From Eledone cirrhosa (Eukaryota): 64,000 nucleotides of DNA. The stretch covers positions 194,680,001 through 194,744,000 of the forward strand of contig OZ024743.1 of the NCBI GenBank assembly GCA_964016885.1. The letters run 5' to 3'. The position numbers and the translations under genes were made by a program. Positions 40,650 to 55,600 of this stretch are shown piece by piece (position 1 is the stretch's first letter; the number at the start of each line of letters is the position of its first letter). The notes below the pieces were generated by a model that did no database searches, was not told the origin of the DNA, and saw only the letters and a list, made by a program, of their open reading frames with translations.

Positions 40650-41835
40650 AATCCAATTCAATTCAATATATTTCGCAGAAAATAAAACGTAGATGCTTCA
40701 GATGCCATGTAAGGAGGAGAGAGGTGCACAATTTACACAGTCGGAAACACAGTGGTCCAACACCGGTCCAATTTCGACTTAAATTGTTGCGTGGTTGGCG
40801 CGTTGACGACTTCTTCTGGAAGCCGATTCCAGTGTCCAGAGATGCGGATCTAGAAAGCAGCTTTCCGTCTATTTAGGCGAAAGCGGCGGGGAAATAGCTT
40901 TTTGTCATGTCCACGTAGACCCCTTTCAAGTACCGGAGTGAATAGATCTTGAGGGAGATCGTAATGGCCATTGAAGAGATTGTAAGCCAAAATGAGATCG
41001 CCTCGTAAACGTCGACGCTCCGAGGAGAAGAGGTTCAGCTTCTGCACCGGCTTTCGTAGGGCAGCTCATGAAGACTCTGTACTATTCGAGTCGCTAGTCG
41101 TCGAACTCTCTCCAAGTGATGGATATCCCCGGGTTTGATGCTTGGATGCCATATTCTAGGTGCGGTCTCACGAAGGCGACATAGAGAGGCCTGAACATTT
41201 CTGGAGTGAGTTTGGCAAAGGGGCGTCGAATAAGAATAAAAGAGCTCCTTGCCTTGTTTGCGGCTTGAATGCAATGTTTTGATGGTTTGATGTATGAGTC
41301 GACCAGCAGACCAAGATCTTTAGTCTCCTCAACCTCCTTCAAAGGAGCAGTGCCACCGTTGAAGGTAAGAGCTGAGTTATAAGGTGTTTCCACTGCCATA
41401 TGGCAACACTTATCGACATTAAGGTATAAATCCCAGTCAATGGACCAACTCCAGGCGCGCTGGAGGCTGGCTTGAGATTGTCGATCTTGCTCCTACGGGC
41501 TACCAGTTTCACATCATCTGCAAGTAGGAGCACGTTTCCACCAATCACGTCCGACATGTCATTGATGTATAGAAGGAAGAGAATTGGGCCCAACACAGAA
41601 CCCTGGGGAACGCCCCTGACAGACTGCCATTGATCCGAACTCTGCAAGTACGACCCTCAAGATAGGATCCAATCCACTTTATAATCGAGTCATGGAGACC
41701 GTAGTTGGTGAGCTTATACAGGAGCAGGCGGTGGTTGACAGAGTCAAAGGCTTTGGCGAAGTCGAGAAAGATAATATCGGCCGCATCTCCATCGTCCACT
41801 ATCCACGTCATCCATTCTTCCATCACCAGTAGGTT
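40650..41835 (-). mobile_element. Degenerate CR1-like LINE 3' fragment with a (TTGAA)n tail
   Basis: IFLDFAKAFDSVNH, GVPQGSVLGPILFLLYINDM, LADDVKL, KDLGLLVD, YVAFVRPHLEY, ERRRLRGDLI; TTCAATTCAA at ~40655. Confidence 0.88.
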
Positions 41836-41877
41836 TGTATATATATATAGAGAGAGAGACAGAGGGGGGGATGTATG

Positions 41878-41908
<31 letters not shown>

Positions 41909-41916
41909 GGGGGATG

Positions 41917-41952
<36 letters not shown>

Positions 41953-41955
41953 CAT

Positions 41956-41990
<35 letters not shown>

Positions 41991-42764
41991 ATATATATAT
42001 ATATATATATATATACTACTATTACTACACTTAATTTCTGTGATTGTGTTCTTGTCTGCAATTTAATACAGCCAAAATGGCGCATAGAGTGAAAATACTT
42101 TGAAAGGACGCTGCCCTGGAAATGTGAATACAAAATGAATAAAACAAGTTTCGCGTAATCGGAGCACAGGCCCGAGATACGGGCTTTTTTTCGAGAGAGA
42201 GAAAGATAGAGAGAGAAAGATAGAGAGAAAGTGATAGTGGCTGTGAGAGAGTAGATTGAAAGAGAGACAGAGGGAGACAAGGTGACAGAGAGGAAAATGG
42301 AAGAGAGTGGGAGCTGGTTGTGTAGTTGAATGAAATTATAAAATGTGAATACAAATAATTGAATAGGGCATTACTGTATCTAGCTAAAATTTTGTGACTG
42401 AATATTAAGTCATATGTATCATATAACTTGTGTTAGGACAAGATGTACTCAGTGCATTAATCGAGAAGGTACACTTTTATTGGAAAAAAGTGAAGAGCTG
42501 GTGGTTGTGGTAGTAGAAGGAGGAGGGGAGTCGTATTAGTAGTAGTTGCACTAGTAATAGTAGAATCTGAAGAAGAAGAAGAATCTGAAGAAGAAGAAGA
42601 AGAAGAAGAAGAAGAAGAAGAAGAAGAAGAAGAAGAAGAAGAAGAAGAAGAAGAAGAAGAGCAGCAACTAATATATCGTTTTGCTGTCATAATTTTTGCA
42701 TCCTTTGTCTTGTACATCTTTTGGTATAAACTCTAAGTATTATTTAATTATCATAATTATCATA

Positions 42765-42953
42765 GGGCGGTGGATTGGCAGTATCAGTAGAGGGTCGGAC
42801 GCCATGCTTTCCAGCATAGTTACGTCCCTTTACGATCTGAGTTCAAATCCCGCCGAGGTTAACTTTGCCTTTCATCCTTACGGGGTCGATAAAATAAAGT
42901 ACCAGTAATGTACTGGGTTATTGCTGGCCTTGTGCCTAAAAATAGAAACAATT
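42765..42953 (+). mobile_element. Full-length SINE with TSD
   Basis: A and B boxes intact; ATTATTTAATTATCATAA on both sides. Confidence 0.9.
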
Positions 42954-44725
42954 ATTTAATTATCATAAAAGTTTAAGAAGGAATAATAGAATTCTCGTGT
43001 GAAATTGAGATTTCGCGTTCCCCAGATATTTGGAATACTAAAAGGGTAATCAATTTGACAACAATAAATCAATTGTCCGGGTCGAGGGAGAAACCAGAAT
43101 CAAGAAAATATAATTATCGTTTTATACATTTATTTAACCATCATACACATATCTTTGACTCTCGGAAACAAATATTAAGTAAATGTTTCTAGAAACTTAT
43201 CTGGAAAATGTCATTTTTATACATGGATTTCTTTTGTTGTAAGGAAATTCCGAACGAATCACTTCTAATCATGTTACTTTTTAAAAGCTTTAAATTGATT
43301 TTTATATTTTCAGTCGTGTTATCGCTTTGACTGAAGATTTTATAATGACTTCTTAGTTTTAAATATATCCCTTCTAACAATTTACCACCAGCTGCTCGTA
43401 ATCTCTAATGGAAATGAGAGCACTTAGAGTGAAATATCCTTTAAAAGCTACGAAAAAGTTTAGGATTGTATTGCCCTTTTAATTTTGTTGTCATCTGAAA
43501 TATTTTATTTTTGTTTGTTTAATATGTGCTGATGCATTAGAAAAAATAGGAATTACGAATATGCTTAAAACTGTTCAATTCTGAATAAACTAAATAATGT
43601 TGCATGGTAGAAAATTGCGCAGTACGCATGAACATCTGTAGTTCCTATTGACAAAGCTCTTCTATGTTAAAGCTAATAATTTACTTTAGTTTTACACCAG
43701 TCCTTATTGCAATACTAATTTTTTAAATTTTATTTAAGTTTCTATTAAAACATGAATTGTGTGATATGAATCTATTTGAAATTTTAAAAGCTGAGTTTCA
43801 TATCAATTTTTTCTTTTTTTTTTTTTACTCAAATATTAATCATTTTTATTTTCTCATATTATTTTGAATGCCAGGCTGGTTAAAATGAAGGTGGTAGAGA
43901 AGATGGGAAAATAATTTATCGTGCAGATATGGTTAACAACATGCCAACTTTGAACTGAAAAGTTGCCAAGGTCATCATTACTGTCTATCCTCAAGATGAT
44001 GACAAGTACTGATAACACAGGATCGATTTAATGTACAATATCTCTTACCCTCGTTTAAAGGCAATTTGTTTTGATTGATTGAGTTCAAATTTAGTATGTT
44101 TCTGGTTAAACATTGTAGAATCAAGACTACTAAATAGGCCTTTTTTAAAACCATTTATGAAGTGAAAGTGGTGTCATGAAACCTGAATGTTTTGTTGAAA
44201 TATTTTAACATGATTAAACACATAATCTCTTATTTTGTATTCTTTTATGAAGGAAACACCTCAAATAGCATGTAACATATGTGGTGGTGGTTTTTATCTA
44301 CTCGTGCAATTATAAGTCGTGATATTGTTTAAAAAAATGTTTTTTCAGAAACTGAAGATGACAGAATCATTAGAGCATCTAAAATTATGCTGTGTGAAAA
44401 TTGTTCCGTTTTTTATGTTAACTTCAAATATCACCAAGATCAACGTTGACTTTCATCCTTCAAGGGTTAAACTATAGTATCAGTCTAGAACAGTGAATTT
44501 GCGGAAACATTAGAGGGTTGCAGTATTTTTTTGTCTCGTCATATACTGAGAGCTCAGCTTGCTATTACTAATATGCATATATGGACCGGACAAAAAGCTA
44601 TTTTGTAAAAATTCCGCCTTAGGGAGCCACCGAAATATTACTTTGTATTCCAACGAAAATTCTATAGCAACCATATAGCGGTTGTCAATGTACACAGTGG
44701 GAATCGGTCGTTCGTTGACATGATG

Positions 44726-44779
<54 letters not shown>

Positions 44780-45739
44780 AACCACCACCACCACAACCTC
44801 CACAAATACTACTACTACTACCACCAACACCACCATCGCCGCCACCATCACCACCACCACCACCACCTCTAAGTGTTTGTAGCGGTAATGCGGTCGAGAC
44901 TGATTTAATTTTTAAAAATATGTTCAAATACCATAGTTGAACAAACACACTACAAACGACTAGTTCATGTGGATATTGAAGTGGTTCGTTTCTTATAAAT
45001 AACGACTCAGTAGATTATGTATTAATCTTGTTAACATATTTCAACACAAATATAACACAATATATTTAGATCTCCAGTCATTGCTTTCACTTCATAATCA
45101 AAATAAAAGACGCCTAATTAGTAGTTTCAATACTATACTGTACAGTGGACACTGAAAGTTTCTTTGTTCTGTTCTCAACAGAGTGATCCATGCTTGTAGA
45201 ATCGTCCCAAGCCGAACAGGCAATGCATTTCTGGATATTGTACATGGTTTCCGAACTGAAATTCTTTATGAATAGATTGTTTACATAACCTCTTATTTAC
45301 AGCTAGCTTTTAACACAAACATCAATACCGTTCATCAACCACTTAGCCTCTATGAAATGCCCCCCCCCCCACTTCTTATATTACCGACTGCGTTGTTGGT
45401 CTGGTGGAAAACTGTCAGCATTTGACAGAATTCTGGGTGCCAGATGTATATTTTTGGTTTTTCCTGAATCTAGACGTCAGTTCCGTCAAAGAGATACAAT
45501 TTTGTCTGACGTGCATTACGAACGACGGCCATGTTTGCTAACATCATCGAGGAATCTCTGCAAATTCCACAACATCAGGCAATGAAGGCTCAGTTATGAC
45601 ATTCCGAATTTTCTGTGCAGAAAGTTTGGCAAAAGATGGACCACCTGGATATGTTCTTCCACATGGTAGATGTGAGTGGAATGTTAAGTCTGACTGGATG
45701 AAATCTGGGGTAAGATAAGGCGCTCAGGCAGTAATAAAT

Positions 45740-46363
45740 AACTGTTTCTACGTTAGGCACAAGGCCAGCAATTACCCAGTGCATTACTGGTACTTTATTT
45801 TATCGACCCCGTAAGGATGAAAGGCAAAGTCAACCTCGGCGGGATTTGAACTCAGATCGTAAAGGGACGTAACTATGCTGGAAAGCATGGCGTCCGACTC
45901 TCTACCGATACTGCCAATAAATAACTGTTTCTACTTTAGGCACAAGGCCAGCAATCAACCAGTGCATTACTGGTACTTTATTTTATCGACCCAGTAAGGA
46001 TGAAAGGCAAAGTCAACCTCGGCGGAATTTGAACTCAGATCGTAAAGGGACGTAACTATGCTGGAAAGCATGGCGTCCGACCCTCTACCGAGACTGCCAA
46101 TCCACTGCCAATAAATAACGCTAGCTGTGCATGTTTTCGGTTCCTATCCTCAACCTTTCGCGGATAATTTTCTCTCGGTGGATTGGTAGTATTGGTAGAG
46201 AGTCGGAAGCCATGCTTTGCAGCAAAGACTTACGGCCCTTTAGGGTCTGAGTTCAAATTCCGCCGACGTTAACTTTGCCTTTCATCCTTACGGGGTCGAT
46301 AAAATAAACTACCAGTAATACACTGGGATAATTGCTAGCCTTGTGCCAAAAGTAGAAACAATT
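45740..46363. mobile_element. SINE cluster: two tandem minus copies (45740-45917, 45921-46109) and one plus copy (46176-46363)
   Basis: Three near-complete copies of the SINE consensus. Confidence 0.9.
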
Positions 46364-47399
46364 ATTTCTGAATACGCATGGCTATTCTAATCGTAAGCTT
46401 TTCCTTTTGATTGAACATTAGTAATATGCTAACATAATAGCTTTGTTCATATGTAATTAATGATCTGTAGGTCTTAGCTGAATGGTGACAGAATGATAGT
46501 TTCTCTACGCCATTTTACCATATATTTCTTCGATGTTGTTATAAATTTGTGTCAGAAATAGTGAGTTTCATATTGTTCTTGAAACAGCTACTATGTTCAT
46601 CTTTGCAGATATAGTTCATTATAGAACATATGAAGAGTACGGGTGTGTTTGAAATTCACATATAAATATCCTTTCAGATTTCTGAGTAAAACGAATATTT
46701 CTTCCGACAATAACGCGTGTCCGGAAGTTTCGACAACACTATAAATACTTGATGGCCAGATTTATATAATTTCTTTTTTCTTATTTTGAGATTTTGTCAT
46801 TCCAAGGAATACGCCATATTTAATAATGTATATTACGTTTATTACAAATACTGATTCACATATAGACATACTCAAGTACACATCAACATTCACATACACA
46901 TATAGACATAGGCATGCATACGCATAGATACAGTTATGTCTCTTATATTCATATATGTGAATTATCAATGAGATGAATGGAATTATGGCTGATAGATACA
47001 TCTTCCTATGCATCTATACATTTAGGAATTAAATTGATTGATAATGCTAGTTTGCATGAGGCTGTCTGCATGTATGAATGTAACTAAAACATGTATGTGT
47101 AAGAGAATTTATAGATAGCCATGCATCAAGACTTTCTTACCAATTTTGTTTGTGATATTTCCTGTTATTATAACAATAAAATTATCTAAGGCAAAAAATG
47201 TTCTGAAATGTTCGCTCATACACTTATTCGCTTAGTCTTTGTTCAGTTCTAGAGAAATTTTCATATTTCTACTCTTTCCTTTTAGAACATAAATATATCT
47301 AATTATAATAAACATACTATTTATGAATATATATACATATACACTTACTCACACTGACATACACATACACGCATACAGGCACTCACTGACACACATATG

Positions 47400-47502
<103 letters not shown>

Positions 47503-49388
47503 GAGATAGAGAGACAGAGAGAGAGAGAGAGAGAGAGCGAGAGAGGAGATAGAGAGACAGAGAGAGAGAGGCACAGAGAAAAACTGAGGATAAATCATTT
47601 GTTCCAGAGAATGAAATTTTAACTAGTGACTGTGTTAGATGATAGATAGCACGTTAACACCTTTGATAGTCGCAGACAGTTTATCAATTATGTTCCATCG
47701 CTCTTTTATGACTACAATGCCATAACATTCACGTTTTGATTGTTGTATTTTTGTATATTTTCTTCATCTAGTGAAAGTAACTTTTAAAGTTAAACTTCGA
47801 CTGTTATTGTATTTCTCGTTTTGAAATATGTACGTTGCAGCTCCGACAGTCTATTCATGACTAGAATCTCATGAAGGATATGTTTGTTTATAAATGTTTA
47901 TCTTATGATTTATATTTGGATTATTGATTTTCGTTCTCTTAGGTATTGAATTGTTAATTGATTTTAGGGTTTATTCTATGTGGAAATTTAGAAATTGAAA
48001 TATAGTAATTAAAGTTTAACAGCTATAAAACCTCTTGATTGAGAAGTAGCCGTATTTTATTGTGTTAGAACATTCTGTTGTTATATTGTAGAAATTCTAT
48101 AAAAATACGGTCCTCACTCCCACACCTAATAAAATCTCACATTATTTTTGAATGCACTGGGTAATTGCTGGCCTTGTGCCTAAAGTAGAGACAATTATTT
48201 TTTTATATTTCGAAATATAAATCATAGTTATATTACTTTTCAACCTGATGTGTGTAACATATCAAGGTAACATGCACAGATCATATCTTTTCAAGATTAT
48301 TGTCCTATAAAAGATAACGATGGAGTTTCCTGTCATTTAATATATCTAAGAAAACCTAGGCATCATAAGTGTTCTATTTGTTCAATTCCAATATTGTTTG
48401 AGTAAAGATCAAAGAGTAAAAGAAAATCGCTTGTTTCTCAAGACTATTAAATGATATTGTCGACTGAGTGATGCAAAATGAATTTCTGTCTAATGAAATC
48501 ATGACTAACAACAATCGCTTAAACGGTTGAAGACTTTATGTTAGCATCATTGAAGTCGACACATTAACATTTCACAGTTTGTTTGCTATTATGCAATTTC
48601 TGATGTATTTTACTCACAGTAAAAGTACACGGTTTGGTTAACCTTTTCCGATATGATTCACTAAATATATTTCCATTGATTGCGACATTTCCTATTATTA
48701 CGAATATTGCTATCGTATTTTTCTCTGACCTCTTATGTTTGCTAATGAGATGTTATTGCACATTAATCGCCTTGGTTTAGTGTTTTTTATTCGGTTTTTA
48801 TCACCGAAATATATAATTTTTATTATTGGAAGACTGACTGCGTTCTATTGACCGGAAAGATTTAGCCATGTGTGAGATTCAGTTAAAGAATTTGAATTGA
48901 TATTTAGAAATGTTCCAAAAAGAATGGATTCTAATATTTTTTAGAGAAAGTTAATATGCTCTTAACGGGAGCTTTTATTCCATTAACAGATTGAAATAAT
49001 ACCTCGTAAATGGTGAACAATCGAATTCTTATGTATATTGTTTATGTAACTGTAAAAACAAATATTCACAACATTATGATATTTTAGGCAAAGGAAGGGT
49101 TAGTATGTATTATCTTCCTTGCATGTTTAACTGCCTGCAATTGAGCACAACTATCCAGTCGAAGTCGTCAAAGATGACAAGGATGTAGGGACCGCTGACT
49201 CTTACTACTTCCCTTTAGTTATTTAATAAGAAACACATTTGTTTCATTTCAAAATGTATATAACTTACTTAACTAAATTGAAATTAGTTGAATAAAACTT
49301 ATTAAATTTGAAATACGAAAGCGTGCTCTAAACTTGAAATTTCTTAGAGAAGCAGATATTGAAACAATCAACATTGTATTGATACGAT

Positions 49389-49508
49389 AATTGTTTCTAC
49401 TTTTGGCACAAGGCCAGCACTTATCCCAGTGTATTACTGGTACTTTATTTTATCGACCCCGTAAGGATGAAAGGCAAAGTTAACCTCGGCGGGATTTGAA
49501 CTCAGAAT
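49389..49508 (-). mobile_element. 5'-truncated SINE
   Basis: 3' tail through the B box only. Confidence 0.8.
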
Positions 49509-49869
49509 GATACGATAACGATACGATAATGATACGATAATGAAACCTTTGTAATACAGTTGGAAAAATCAGTTTTTAAAAAGAAGACATCAACACATTT
49601 TTATATATATCTATCGTCATTTCAGAAGAAAAAGGAAAATTTCAACACGTTGGCAAAGGGCGATAGGAAGGACAAACTATCAAGATTTTTTAAAGATTAT
49701 AATCTACTTTATCATGTTCCAGGAGTTATTTATCAATATATACCAATGAAGCTTAGAAATTAAAACAAATACTTTAGTTATCAACCTCTGCTATATATAA
49801 TATAATTAATTCTCTTACAATATGTCCCTAAACATATTTTAAGAAACAGTACAAAAATGAAAATAAATC

Positions 49870-51960
49870 ACAGTGGAAGTGAGAAACAGGTTTAGTGCTC
49901 TGTGTGGAGAGTCAGAGGAGAGAGAGATTGGATGGACTGAGGAGAGTATGACGAGGAGGTACGGGCACTTCACCAATGCAGTGGCGAAAGCAAGTGAAAC
50001 CCTGGTGCCGAGGAAAAAGAACAAAGGGAAGCACGTCAGCTCTGCAAACCCAAAAGTGTGTGCAGCCAGAGAACACCTGAAATCTGCCAGGGACCAATTC
50101 TATGCTGATCCTACGGAGGAGAGGATGGAGACTGTGGAGGTGATGAAGGAAGAGCTCTGTACCGCTTACACTGAGGTCAGAGAGGAGGCACTGATAGAGA
50201 AGATCAGAAGTGTGGAGAGAGCGGTTGACAGATCTGGATGTAAGGAGAGCTGGATGATCATCAACGAGATCACAGGGAGGAAGAAAAGGTGTTCGAGTCA
50301 GATCCAGGGAACGGGCCCGAGGATAGGAAGAGGAAATGCCTAGACCATTTTAGGACCCTACTAGGAGAGCCACCCTCCACAGCCCAGAGCACTGGGGAGA
50401 TCAGGCGGCTGTTTGAGGAACTGGATGTTGAGACAGAGCCCTTCACCAGAGAGGAGCTTCAGAGAGCCAAGAAGAAGATCAAGGAGGGCAAGGCTCATGG
50501 AGAAGATGGAGTGGCATCAGATGTGATGAAGAGGTGTGATTTTGATGATATCATCCTGGGGTTCTGTAACGGGGCACTGGAGAAAGGAGTTGCCCCGAAT
50601 CAGTGGAGGATCAGTAACATCGTCCCAGTGCCAAAGAAAGGAGATCTCTCTAACACCAACAACTACCGGGGGATCTCACTGACGTCACTTGTGGCAAAGA
50701 CCCTCAACAGGATGATTCTTAACAGGATCCAGCCTGAGATGGAGAAGAAGCTCAGGGACAACCAGAACGGCTTCAGAGAGGGTAGATCAACCACCAGTCA
50801 CATCCTGATGCTGAGGAGGATATCAGAGGGAGCTAGAGCAAAGTGCTTTCCTGCGGTCATGGTTTTCATTGACTTTAGGAAGGCCTTTGATTCTGTGGAC
50901 CGTTACTGCCTGATGAAGATCTTACAGGCTTATGGAATCCCCAAGAGGATAGTGGACCTGGTATCACTGCTCTACACCAACACCAAAGCCCAAGTCATTA
51001 CAGCTGATGGGATGACCGAGTTCTTTGAGATACTGGCTGGAGTGCTCCAGGGAGATACATTGGCTCCCTAACTTTTTATCATCGTAGTGGACTATTGTAT
51101 GCGCCTTGCACTGGAGAAACACCAGGACTCTGGCTTTACTGTAGCACCGGCTCAGAGTAGGAGAGTTGGGGCGAAAAAGGTATCGGATGCTGAATTTGCC
51201 GACGACATAGTTTTGGTGACAAATACAGTGAAGGAGGCAGAGGATTTGATGCGGGAGGTTGAGACTGTGTCGATGAGTGTGGGGCTGAGAATGAATGAGA
51301 CTAAAACAAAATATCTGGTAGAGAATGTTGAGAAGCCAGAGGGGATCACTAATGTAGGCGGGAAGCCGCTGGAATTGGTTGAGGACTTCCTGTATTTGGG
51401 AGCAAATATTGGGAATACGGAGGATGATGTGGTTGAGAGGAAGAGCAATGCCTGGGCGGCGTGCCACAGCTTGAGGTCGGTGTGGAAGTCGGACCTTCGT
51501 AGAGACCTGAAAATCCGCCTCTTCATTGCTGTAGTGGAGTCTGTGCTGCTGTATGGGTCTGAGACTTGGACACTGACCAAAAAACTCACTCAGATGGTGG
51601 ATGGGTGCTACACGAGAATGCTGAGGATGGCTCTGAACATTAATCAGTATACACTGAGGATGAAAAACTCAGAGCTGTATGGGAGCATCCCAAAAGTCAG
51701 CTCAAAAGTGACACAGAGGAGACTGAGGTTGGCTGGACATGCTCACCGACATCCAGAGTTGACATTGCACTCAGTGCTCCTTTGGGAGCCCCTACATGGA
51801 CACACTAGAAGAGGAAGACCAAGGTTAACATATGTTGATGCCCTAAGGACAGACACTGGTCTGTTGGAGATGCAGGATATGGCAACGATAATGAGGGACA
51901 GAGACGGCTGGAGAGAACTCGTCCATGGATCTCGGGAATTTTACCCGCCTTAGATAGATA
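49870..51960 (+). mobile_element. 5'-truncated RTE/RTEX-like LINE (RT and C-terminus) with a few lesions
   Basis: VRNRFSAL, VPKKGDLSNTNNYRGISL, QNGFREGRST, FIDFRKAFDSV, GVLQGDTLAP, FADD, FLYLG, LLYGSETWTL, LRLAGH, RRGRP. Frameshift near 50320 and lesions near 51070-51086. Confidence 0.9.
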
Positions 51961-52199
51961 TATATTCGCTTATTCACCAATGAAGAGGAATTGTGATTAA
52001 AATAAGACTGATATAGTAGAGTGATTAATTTATAGATAATATAGTAGAGAGATGACTTTTTGTTGGTTGGTTGGTTCCTTTCCGCATCACACAAAAGGCG
52101 AAAAGTGAAAATCGAAAGGTACGTTTAACAATGGAATAAGGGTATACCAAGTAAGTTTTACTGAGGGGAAAATAAAAACATCCCCGGAATCAACCATAA

Positions 52200-52402
52200 G
52201 GGATTGTCTCTGCGCGTTCGTTGTCAGCGATGCTAGTGATTCGCAGCAAGCGTGTCCAATTCGGACGGTGGTTTATACACACACAAACAAACACACACAT
52301 TTATATTGTAAACCAGACGACGCATCCGATACAGACGTTTTCTCTTTTACCGGTTCTTTCTTATCACCTGTTTACCCTGGCGAAGCTGGGTACGTCAGCT
52401 AG
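52200..52402 (+). mobile_element. Probable non-autonomous Helitron 3' end
   Basis: Subterminal hairpin TACCCTGGC-GAA-GCTGGGTA followed by CTAG|T at 52399-52403; internal CA-rich microsatellite. The 5' end was not located. Confidence 0.5.
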
Positions 52403-54289
52403 TCATATATAAAGAGCATATTATGCCTATAGTGCAAGAATTGAGTGATTTTAGTTTAGTGTATATTTTATAAAAGCACATTAAATGAAGTATATATATT
52501 TTGCGTACGATAGAAAGCAAACGACATCACATTAATGTAGAACTTTATGACTTTCTATTATAATAATTTTCTCTCAGTGATTCCTATATCTCCTGTCGTG
52601 CATAAGTAGAGAATACAGTTTGCCTGAAGGGACAGATGATACTGACACTTTTATTAAAGTGCCGAAACCACATCAACTTGGCCAGTATGATTAAAAAACG
52701 ACATTTGTATACGAATTTACTAAATATTCACAGTTTGAGGGAAGTGTAGGTCAAATAATCACGTCCATTGTTAAACAATATAAAGAATACGACTTTAACC
52801 TCAGCATTACATATATCATGTGTATCGACGAGTAGTGATGGCGAAGAATGGTGCACTTTTGGATTAGGAAATATCTGAGGATAAACTCGTATAACAATAA
52901 TGCTGATCTATATTTGGAGAATGAATCTATTTGTTTGGAGAATAAATCTATAAAGTAAATTTCAAACGATATCCATATGCTGACAGCTAAAGTAATTGAT
53001 TCTATTTAATTTTAATAAGTCGTATTTAATATTTGTAGTTAAGGAAATATATTTTCAGATAGAGTAAATATATAACATTCCCATTGTCTTTCAATATTGT
53101 GTATACAAGTGAAATAACCGATTTTCATTAAGTAACTTTCCTAAAATAAACGTAAACCTCCCACAATGAGCTAACTATCAATTGTATATTGACTGTATCA
53201 TATGTAAAATCATGATAGATTTAACAATACCATTAAAAGAAAATAAATAGAAGTATTCCCTTGAGCTGGTCTAAAGATGAACAACATAATATTCCCATGA
53301 CCCTAAACATATAATAAAATGAACTATTTCTTATCAAGACATTATTTAACAAATAGTATGAAGATAGCAATATTAACTTCTTCGTAATTTTCTACTTAAT
53401 GTATAGAGTTAACTTTGGATATTTATTATTGTCTCGAATTTGACTTTTGAATTATTCATTCTTATTTACTTAAATTTGATGATGCAATTGGGAAATAACG
53501 TTCCTCTAGGTCTGCTATTCAATATTTTCATTGGCTTAAGTGGAATTGACAATATATTTCTGCCAGACAGAATTTATTGCTTGAACAGAAAACAGAAATT
53601 CATTTCAACGAAAATTTCATTTAATGATGAAAGTCTCTGTCAATTATTAGAAATGTATTCTGCCATATGTGTTTATCGTTCAAATAATCTCCGATTATTT
53701 TAACAATTTTTATTACTTTTACAGTTTGTTGAATATATTTATTGATGTGTGTCGTTTCTAGTTATGTACTTCATATGTAAGACATCTGGAATATAAAACC
53801 TTTATCAAGCAGAAAGTCGAGGTGTCAAATATTATCAGGTTTACCATATTTGACACGCTTCAAGGATAATGAAAAGAAAAATAAAGAGGGTATTACCAAC
53901 TCTCATCTGCCACTGATTGTGGTTTTTATTTTTATTTGTTGCTTCCGGTAATTTGGAACATTTTCGATGCATAACTGTCAGAGTAATTCAGTAAAAGATG
54001 AGAACAATAAATCATCAACACGTGTTGTGAAGATGTTGATGAGATTAGGAAAATAAATAATACACATAATAATCATTTCTCTAAAATTCTTATTCTAGTG
54101 TTTTATAGTAGGAGTCGGTAAATGATTATGTAATATCAGTATGCATCTGTGTATATGCATACTTCATCATATATCTAGGTACCTGCGTTGAAGCATTTAA
54201 TATCATAGTTTAGTTTTCGTCATCTAAATATAGATATAGCCTTAAAAGACAAAGTTAACTTTCATAAAGATTACTATGTGTATGTGGTT

Positions 54290-54641
54290 AGAAAGTGTAG
54301 GAAAGAATCGTTGGACAGATTTTACGGGAAACACCAGCCGCTGGAGACCCAATGATAGACCCCGAGCAAGATGGTTGGATAACATCTATGAGCTTGGCTG
54401 GTCTCTCTTTGGTATCCAGCCTGATAAGTTGGAGACAGATGCTTCTGACAGGACCCTCTGGAAGGAGTGTTTGAACACTCAGCCCACTACACACCCTCAG
54501 GAAGAGAAGAAGAAGAAGAAGGAGAAGAAGAAGAAGAAGAAGAAGAAGAAGAAGAAGAAGAAGAAGAAGAAGAAGAAGAAGAAGAAGAAGAAGAAGAAGA
54601 AGAAGAAGAAGAAGAAGAAGAAGAAGAAGAAGAAGAAGAAG
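54290..54641 (+). mobile_element. Short LINE (RTE-like) 3' fragment with a (GAA)n tail
   Basis: RPNDRPRARWLDNI...DRTLWK motif, then (GAA)n at 54501-54641. Confidence 0.65.
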
Positions 54642-55334
54642 ATATTTCTGATATATTAATCAGATTTGTTTAGATGAAGTAATTCCTCTCATATTAAAAT
54701 TAAAATTCGGAAAAACATCTCTTATTTTACATATATCTCTGAGAATTGGGAATGGGTTTACAAGGTATTCATTCGCCCTAGTATTATAATACCTTTTTTG
54801 AAGATAGTCGTATTCCTTACTCTATATTTCAAAACATGTTTTATTCAATGGGAAATAAAACATTGTATTTGTAGTATCAGCATAAATGCAGCAATGTATA
54901 CAATTCATAACACAATACTCGGGCATTTATATCTCTAAAGCAAATTCATAATTCTAATTATTTTTCTGCAACAAAGTGCCTTATAATATCTAATGTATCG
55001 TTAGATAATATTATGTATTTTTCTCTTAAAGATAATTCGGGTAGCATATAAGAAATTATTGATTCCTCCACACCTCGAAACCCGAAACATGTTTACCATA
55101 TAACGGACAAATGTAATAATGCATATATGTTTATTGTATAGAAAAATCTGCTTTATAAAAGAAATACGCGCATAAGAATATATTTATTATTTCAAATATA
55201 TTTTGAACATTACTATTAATGTTATTTATTATAATAAACTTAAGGTGTTGGTAAAAGTGAGCAGTGTTGGTTGCTTCTCCCATTCAAAACGTACATGCTT
55301 TTTGAAACGTACATGCGTCTTGAAAGTGTGTTAC

Positions 55335-55336
<2 letters not shown>

Positions 55337-55365
<29 letters not shown>

Positions 55366-55600
55366 CTTCCCGAGAGTGTGTTGGGGGTGTGAGTGTTCAA
55401 ACACTCCTTCGAACGGGTCATGTCAGAAGCAACCGTCTCCAACTGATCCGGCTGGATATCCAAACGACACCAGGCCAGCTCATGGATGTTATCCAGCTAT
55501 CTTGCTCGGAGTCTATGCCTGGGTTTCCTGTCGGTTGGTTTTGCGCGTAAAATCTGTCCAGCAATTATTTCCTGAAACATTCTTCCACCCATTCCTGAGA
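55337..55600 (-). mobile_element. Second copy of the same LINE 3' fragment, opposite strand
   Basis: Its reverse complement resembles 54310-54500 and it ends in (TTC)n at 55337-55368. Confidence 0.65.

Noticed and set aside
39540-41835. Converging LINE fragments as another fold-back
   Set aside because: The two CR1/L2-like fragments are different, diverged families and not reverse complements of each other.
42160-42196. Hairpin GCCCG-agata-CGGGC followed by a T-run as an intrinsic terminator
   Set aside because: Eukaryotic context; more likely a decayed Helitron-like end, and too weak to call.
42765-42860. tRNA genes
   Set aside because: A and B boxes belong to SINE heads that continue into a shared body and tail; no full cloverleaf.
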